Of a stretch of 64,000 nucleotides of DNA, positions 59,283 to 64,000 are shown piece after piece. Each line of letters starts with the position of its first letter. Within the stretch, counting starts at the first letter, position 1. The notes below the pieces were generated by a model. The model ran no database searches and was not told where the DNA came from. It saw nothing but the letters and a program-made list of their open reading frames with translations. The position numbers and the translations under genes are program-made. The DNA lies in IMG/VR virus record IMGVR_UViG_3300029288_000066, positions 128,001 to 192,000 of that record; one strand, 5' to 3'. The stretch is from a virus (lineage: Duplodnaviria; Caudoviricetes).

Positions 59283-59924
59283 ATGGAACCTAGCATCACA
59301 TATCTACATCTGAGAAATAACATTGCCCAACTTCCTGTCAAAGAAAGACATGAGTTGTTAATGCAACTCATTGAAAATGGTATAGACTTGACCAGAGAAG
59401 AGGAAGAATATCTTTCAAGACATGATATGAAATATTATGTTGGCAAATTATTCCAACGAATGAGCCATCCAACAGCATATGAATTGAATTTTGCCGATGA
59501 TACTGAGAAGGATATTTATGTTATGAATCCCAAAAGGTTGGAAATTTTGATTCCAATTATGAAAGACTTAGACGATTCCTGGAGAAAAACAATTCTCACC
59601 ATGGCCGTTTTTTCGAATAAAGGACTTGAAGATTCTGTTTTTAAAACACTACCAGACAAAGACAAAAGATTTTACGCCAACTTGTGTATAGTCAATTCGG
59701 ATTATTCATCTGCGGAGGTTGTAAAATATATGAGCCCCAAAAATCAAAGACTTGTTATTAAACAAATTTTAGAAAGAGGAGAGGCATTTTCCAATGACCA
59801 CTTTAAAAGTTTAACAAAAGAAAATCAAAGACTTTATCGAAAACTAGACAGAAAAAGAAAGAACATACAAGAGTCTGTTAGAAATTTTATTAGAAAAATT
59901 ATCAACGAAACCGTTGAAAAATAA
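59283..59924 (+). CDS. Late protein with C-terminal VRNFIRKIINE motif
   Basis: TATTTATA upstream. Confidence 0.55.
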   Translation: MEPSITYLHLRNNIAQLPVKERHELLMQLIENGIDLTREEEEYLSRHDMKYYVGKLFQRMSHPTAYELNFADDTEKDIYVMNPKRLEILIPIMKDLDDSWRKTILTMAVFSNKGLEDSVFKTLPDKDKRFYANLCIVNSDYSSAEVVKYMSPKNQRLVIKQILERGEAFSNDHFKSLTKENQRLYRKLDRKRKNIQESVRNFIRKIINETVEK

Positions 59925-59961
59925 AGAAATTTAATTCTTGGCATGGTTGTTGTAATGTATA

Positions 59962-61128
59962 ATGAAACAAAAGACCATGAAAACTATATTAATCACAATC
60001 GCACTCGTTTTAATGTCATTCGCATCATACTCTCAGTATGTCGATGATGTTTATTACACGTCAAAGGACAAGAAGAAATCTTCCCAAGTTATTGATACAA
60101 CCGCTAAGGTTGTTGATACTACTTATTCCACAGAAAATAAAACATACGTAACAAATAATTATTTCGATTCTGATGATTATTATGATTACGAATACACCGC
60201 AAATCTAAGAAGATACTATTCAAATTATACATTTGGATATTATTCTGATTATTACACCAACTACTATTGGTATAATTATGACCCCTACTACTACGGTTAT
60301 AACATATACGATTCATACAACTGGTATACTCCTTACTATCATTACTATGGATGGAACCATGGTTGGTATTACTCATATAGTCCATACTGGTACTACGGCG
60401 GATGGGGTTATTACAACTATTGGAGTTATAATAATTACTGGAATTATTACGCTTATAATGACCATTGGGGACATAATCATGATTGGAACCATGATGGACA
60501 CAATCACGATGGACACCACAATCACGACGGGAACCACAATCACGACGGAAACAACGGTGGTGGAGGAGACAACGGATATTATGGTCCTAGACAAACAACT
60601 GCTACTAACAGTTCATCTTCTACGCAACCAACAAATAGTAATCCAAAAACATATAACAGTTCATCAACATCTATATCAACAAACTATAGTAAACCTAAAA
60701 CTTATAGTAACACTGTTTCTGTAAAACCAAAATACAGTGCTCCAACCAATACAAATGTTGTGCAAAGTAAACCAAGGAACTATAATGCTCCAACGTATAA
60801 TAAACCAAAAACATATACTAGTCCTACTTATTCTGCACCAAAATATTCACAAGAATACTATAACACACCAAAGCCAAGCTCAAACTACAGCACGCCAAAA
60901 TCAAATTACAACTCTGGCTCAAATTACAGCAGCCCAAAGTCAAGCTCAAATTACAGTAGCCCAAAATCAAGCTCAAGTTACAGCAGCCCAAAGTCAAGCT
61001 CAAGTTATAGCAGCCCAAAGTCAAGCTCAAGTTACAGCAGCCCAAAGTCAAGCTCAAGTTACAGCAGCCCAAAATCAAGCTATGGAAGTAGGTCAAATGC
61101 GGGGAGCTCTAGTTCAAAAAGGAGATAA
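59962..61128 (+). CDS. Secreted low-complexity Tyr/His/Ser-rich protein
   Basis: Signal peptide, DDVYY motif, YYW-rich, HNHDG and SSYSSPK tracts. Confidence 0.75.
   Translation: MKQKTMKTILITIALVLMSFASYSQYVDDVYYTSKDKKKSSQVIDTTAKVVDTTYSTENKTYVTNNYFDSDDYYDYEYTANLRRYYSNYTFGYYSDYYTNYYWYNYDPYYYGYNIYDSYNWYTPYYHYYGWNHGWYYSYSPYWYYGGWGYYNYWSYNNYWNYYAYNDHWGHNHDWNHDGHNHDGHHNHDGNHNHDGNNGGGGDNGYYGPRQTTATNSSSSTQPTNSNPKTYNSSSTSISTNYSKPKTYSNTVSVKPKYSAPTNTNVVQSKPRNYNAPTYNKPKTYTSPTYSAPKYSQEYYNTPKPSSNYSTPKSNYNSGSNYSSPKSSSNYSSPKSSSSYSSPKSSSSYSSPKSSSSYSSPKSSSSYSSPKSSYGSRSNAGSSSSKRR
60919..61080 (+). repeat. Six 27-bp tandem repeats encoding S(N/S)YSSPKSS
   Basis: TCAA(A/G)TTACAGCAGCCCAAAGTCAAGC unit with synonymous variants. 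Confidence 0.9.
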
Positions 61129-61143
61129 TAAAAAAAGGGGAAT

Positions 61144-62204
61144 TTACTTCCCCTTTTTCTTTTCTGCAACAGCTTCATCCATTGTTTTCCCCTTAAACTT
61201 ATTGCTTCGAACAAAATTAACTTGGCACTTTCCAAGCTCTTTGCTAAAATTTTTCTGTTTTTTGAAACAGTCGCTTCTACTGTTATTTCCCCATATTTTA
61301 TAATTTCTCAGAGCCTCAGTTCCGCAACACTCTGAATTACATCCAAGCTCCATAAAATCATTATCAGCTACAAAAAATTTAATATCATAGTGTCCACACA
61401 GCTGTTATCAGAACCAGATATGTTTCCAAATGTTTTATAATATTCAATAATGTTATGTCCCAAAAAATCTCCTATCTTATTCATAATTTTTTTCTCACCT
61501 TCTGGCATCGTAATACGAACTTTTAACCCCTCAATATTTACCGCCCAACAACCTGCTTCTTTTGCCATTTTAATGAGTTCTGGCAAATCTTCTATAATTT
61601 TTGGATATATGGCAGGCTGAATCTTAATCATTATTTTATAGCCCTTCTCTGTAAGTTTTTTAATTGCATCTAGTCTGCTTTTTGCAGAAGGAGCATTCGG
61701 CTCACATACTTTAATAAATTTCTCATCTGTTGAAATAAGTGTCACTGCAATAGTCCAATTGGGATTTTTGAAATCATCTGCAATGTCACAAATTCCTGCA
61801 GGATTCTTCGTTTGAATTTCTACTGGATAATCAAACTTGTGAAATACTTTAAGGATATCGTAAGTAATTTTACTTTTCCATTCGGCATAAGGAAAGGGGT
61901 CAGCCGTGGCACCAATCTTAATTGGAATTCTTTCTTTAAATGCCACCTCTTCTGGTTTGTTGTAATCGTATTCTTTTGTATTTGTCCTTTCTATCCACTT
62001 TTCTAAAAGGTCAGCTCTATTTCCGACCAAATAAGAGAATGATTTTTCATTTCCGATTTTGTTTCTTCTGCTGAATGTAACAAAGTCCCTGGCAAAACAA
62101 TAAGAACAATTAAAAGAACATCCCCTATATGTATCCATGTGGTAGGGGATGGGGCAATGAATAAACTGTGATGTAATTGATGGTTTCCAAAATTTCTTTT
62201 CCAT
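61144..62204 (-). pseudogene. SplB-like radical SAM, split near C-terminus
   Basis: GCSFNCSYC, DPF, TK; C-terminal part continues in another frame. Confidence 0.7.
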
Positions 62205-62256
62205 AACTTATTTAGCTTTCACTAAACTTAGTTATTTATTCTAGAAAAGTAAACAA

Positions 62257-62628
62257 TTAATACATTGCCCCTGGAGGCAATGGTGGAGTTGGTTTATATT
62301 CACCACTTGTTACATTAAAAGCAATTCTCAGGTGAGAATTCTTATCAAATTCTTCTGGAAACTTATTTTTTAATTCTTCTATTTTTTCTCTAACCGCAGT
62401 TCTTAATGGGTCTGGTGGGTTAAAAGGAAAATGAAATCCACATGTTATACCAAGCAGATAATCATCTAGTTCTTTGCAAGTACTCATGGAATTAATTTTT
62501 TTTATTTCTTGATTCCTATATTCTTCCATTTCTTTTTCAGTAGGATATGAGTCATCAGAATCATTTTGCTTTGTTTCAAAAACTTCATCAATTGACTCTC
62601 TTATAAGTTTTCTTATTTTATCTTTCAT
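62257..62628 (-). CDS. Late protein with IRKLIRESI motif
   Basis: TATTTATA upstream. Confidence 0.6.
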   Translation of the reverse strand: MKDKIRKLIRESIDEVFETKQNDSDDSYPTEKEMEEYRNQEIKKINSMSTCKELDDYLLGITCGFHFPFNPPDPLRTAVREKIEELKNKFPEEFDKNSHLRIAFNVTSGEYKPTPPLPPGAMY

Positions 62629-62675
62629 ATGTTATTTTTTATATAAATATAAGAAAACAATAAAAAAATATAAAG

Positions 62676-62750
62676 TGGTACCCTCACCCAGAATCGAACT
62701 GGGATTTAAAGTTTAGGAAACTTCCGTTCTGTCCGTTGAACTATGAAGGC
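62676..62750 (-). tRNA. tRNA-Arg(CCT)
   Basis: Loop TTCCTAA, encoded CCA. Confidence 0.88.
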
Positions 62751-62906
62751 ATTTGTTACATAAATTTTAACCTCAGCTTCGCCTTATCGTACTTTGCCAA
62801 AGCTTTTTCATATTCTTCCTTAGAAACATTCTTTTTAAAGTTTTCACTTTGAACACGCTTTCTAAGAAATTCTACATATTCCTTATGTCTTTCGACATCA
62901 TCTTTT

Positions 62907-63125
62907 TTATTTTCTTGTTTCTTTTTCATAACTTCCATCTGGTAATTCTGGCAACAGCTGCCAGTGTGTAACATTCATAATTGACCATCCTTTGCAATGC
63001 CCCGTTGGCTCATTCTTGTGACCATAGCCCCAAAAATAAGCTGTCACAATGCCAATTGGCGTTCCGCAAGCCAACACCTTTGTCCCAGGAGTTGGTAATT
63101 CATCCTTAATTGAAATCCATGTCAT
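62907..63125 (-). CDS. DUF551-like protein
   Basis: WISIKDELP...VTHWQLLPELP. Confidence 0.75.
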   Translation of the reverse strand: MTWISIKDELPTPGTKVLACGTPIGIVTAYFWGYGHKNEPTGHCKGWSIMNVTHWQLLPELPDGSYEKETRK

Positions 63126-63292
63126 ATTAATTTCTTTTAACCTCTCAGCAGAAAAATCAGGATACCTAACCGATATTGCGTTCGGGAACCTTTCAGTCCT
63201 CGGTGGTAAGAATGGGAAACTTTGGACATCTCCACTTACATACAACGGTATCCTAACCTCACTTTTTCATTTTCTGCCTTACTATTTTATTT

Positions 63293-64000
63293 TTAAATTA
63301 TTTTATATGATTTTGCCCATTTTCTAATTGCATTGTCAGACACTCCATATTTTCTTCCAACAGCACAAAAAGACATTTTATTTAACATTTCTTGTAATTC
63401 CTCTTTTGTTGGCCTATCTTCTACCTTTCTAATATTTTCTCTAAGAAAACATTTTTTCTTATAAAAGTCAGGAGCATTCCTTTTTACAAAGCCTCTTACA
63501 TATTCCATACTCAATCCAGTTAAAATTGTAGTGTTATATACCCAGCTTTTCTTTGAAAAATCTATATTAGAATTCATTATTATATCAATATCTAATTTTA
63601 CTCTTTCTGTCTTTATATTCTTTCCAGCATATGTTTTGGTTTGAGAATGACAGTTAGGGCACAACAATTCTAAATTTTCTAATCTATTATCATTATGTGT
63701 TCCATTTTTATGTTCTAAGTGCAAAGAGATATAAAATCCATTCCATTCACTAATATTACATTTATTACATTTATATTCTAATAATCCTTCTTTTAATAAT
63801 CTTTTTTTTAAACTCTCGTTGTTTTTATAGAGAGAATTTTCTATAAGAATTTCTTCCAAAGAATACTTTTTATTATTCTTTTCATAATTAAAATTTCTTT
63901 TAAAGCTTGGGATGACTACCCCAAGAGTTTTGCAGTGTGACCTAAATGTTCTATAGGCTCCAGACCCATTAGAGTTAATACCTAATTCAATAAAAATTTT
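63293..64000 (-). CDS. HNH homing endonuclease (partial, third paralog)
   Basis: LEHKNGTHNDNRLENLELLCPNCH; GRKYGVSDNAIRKW; open to right edge. Confidence 0.85.
   Translation of the reverse strand, partial: KIFIELGINSNGSGAYRTFRSHCKTLGVVIPSFKRNFNYEKNNKKYSLEEILIENSLYKNNESLKKRLLKEGLLEYKCNKCNISEWNGFYISLHLEHKNGTHNDNRLENLELLCPNCHSQTKTYAGKNIKTERVKLDIDIIMNSNIDFSKKSWVYNTTILTGLSMEYVRGFVKRNAPDFYKKKCFLRENIRKVEDRPTKEELQEMLNKMSFCAVGRKYGVSDNAIRKWAKSYKII

Noticed and set aside
10020-63270. Multiple split ORFs (~10110, 18745, 28565, 42815, 47889, 63265) as programmed frameshifts
   Set aside because: No shared slippery motif; most are fixed by adding one base in a short run, typical of assembly indels or decay. 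Needs read mapping.
1-64000. Stop-codon reassignment (suggested by the phage release factor)
   Set aside because: Long genes read through in code 11, TAG and TGA occur as ordinary gene ends, and no suppressor tRNA was seen

Overview
AT-rich 64 kb segment of a jumbo/huge T4-like phage that most likely infects a Bacteroidota host (TAnnTTTG sigma-A promoters, T9SS type A and type B cargo genes, Bacteroidota-style boxA and SRP RNA, gp23/gp21-like fragments). It carries about 37 tRNA genes, mostly in four minus-strand operons, plus free-standing HNH and PD-(D/E)xK nucleases, late genes for putative virion-packaged enzymes, and several ncRNAs. Main discovery: each tRNA operon is headed by a short leader ORF and an antiterminator/terminator pair. 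Each leader is packed with codons for the amino acids served by the tRNAs downstream (Leu/Cys; Ile/Lys; Thr/His/Asn; Met/Gly/Ala/Pro/Tyr/Asp). This looks like ribosome-mediated attenuation that switches on phage tRNA supply when the matching charged tRNAs run out. Also notable: eight copies of a conserved RNA stem scaffold carrying tRNA-like or circularly permuted tRNA cargo (Y RNA/YrlA-like), an RF1-type (PxT) release factor split by an RF2-type CTT-TGA-C +1 frameshift site, an SRP RNA, a ~760 nt GOLLD-like RNA, about 12 boxA elements, and a radical SAM gene next to four HSxVDxITNSS-motif paralogs. Several single-base frameshifts suggest assembly indels. All calls were made by eye; no searches were run.
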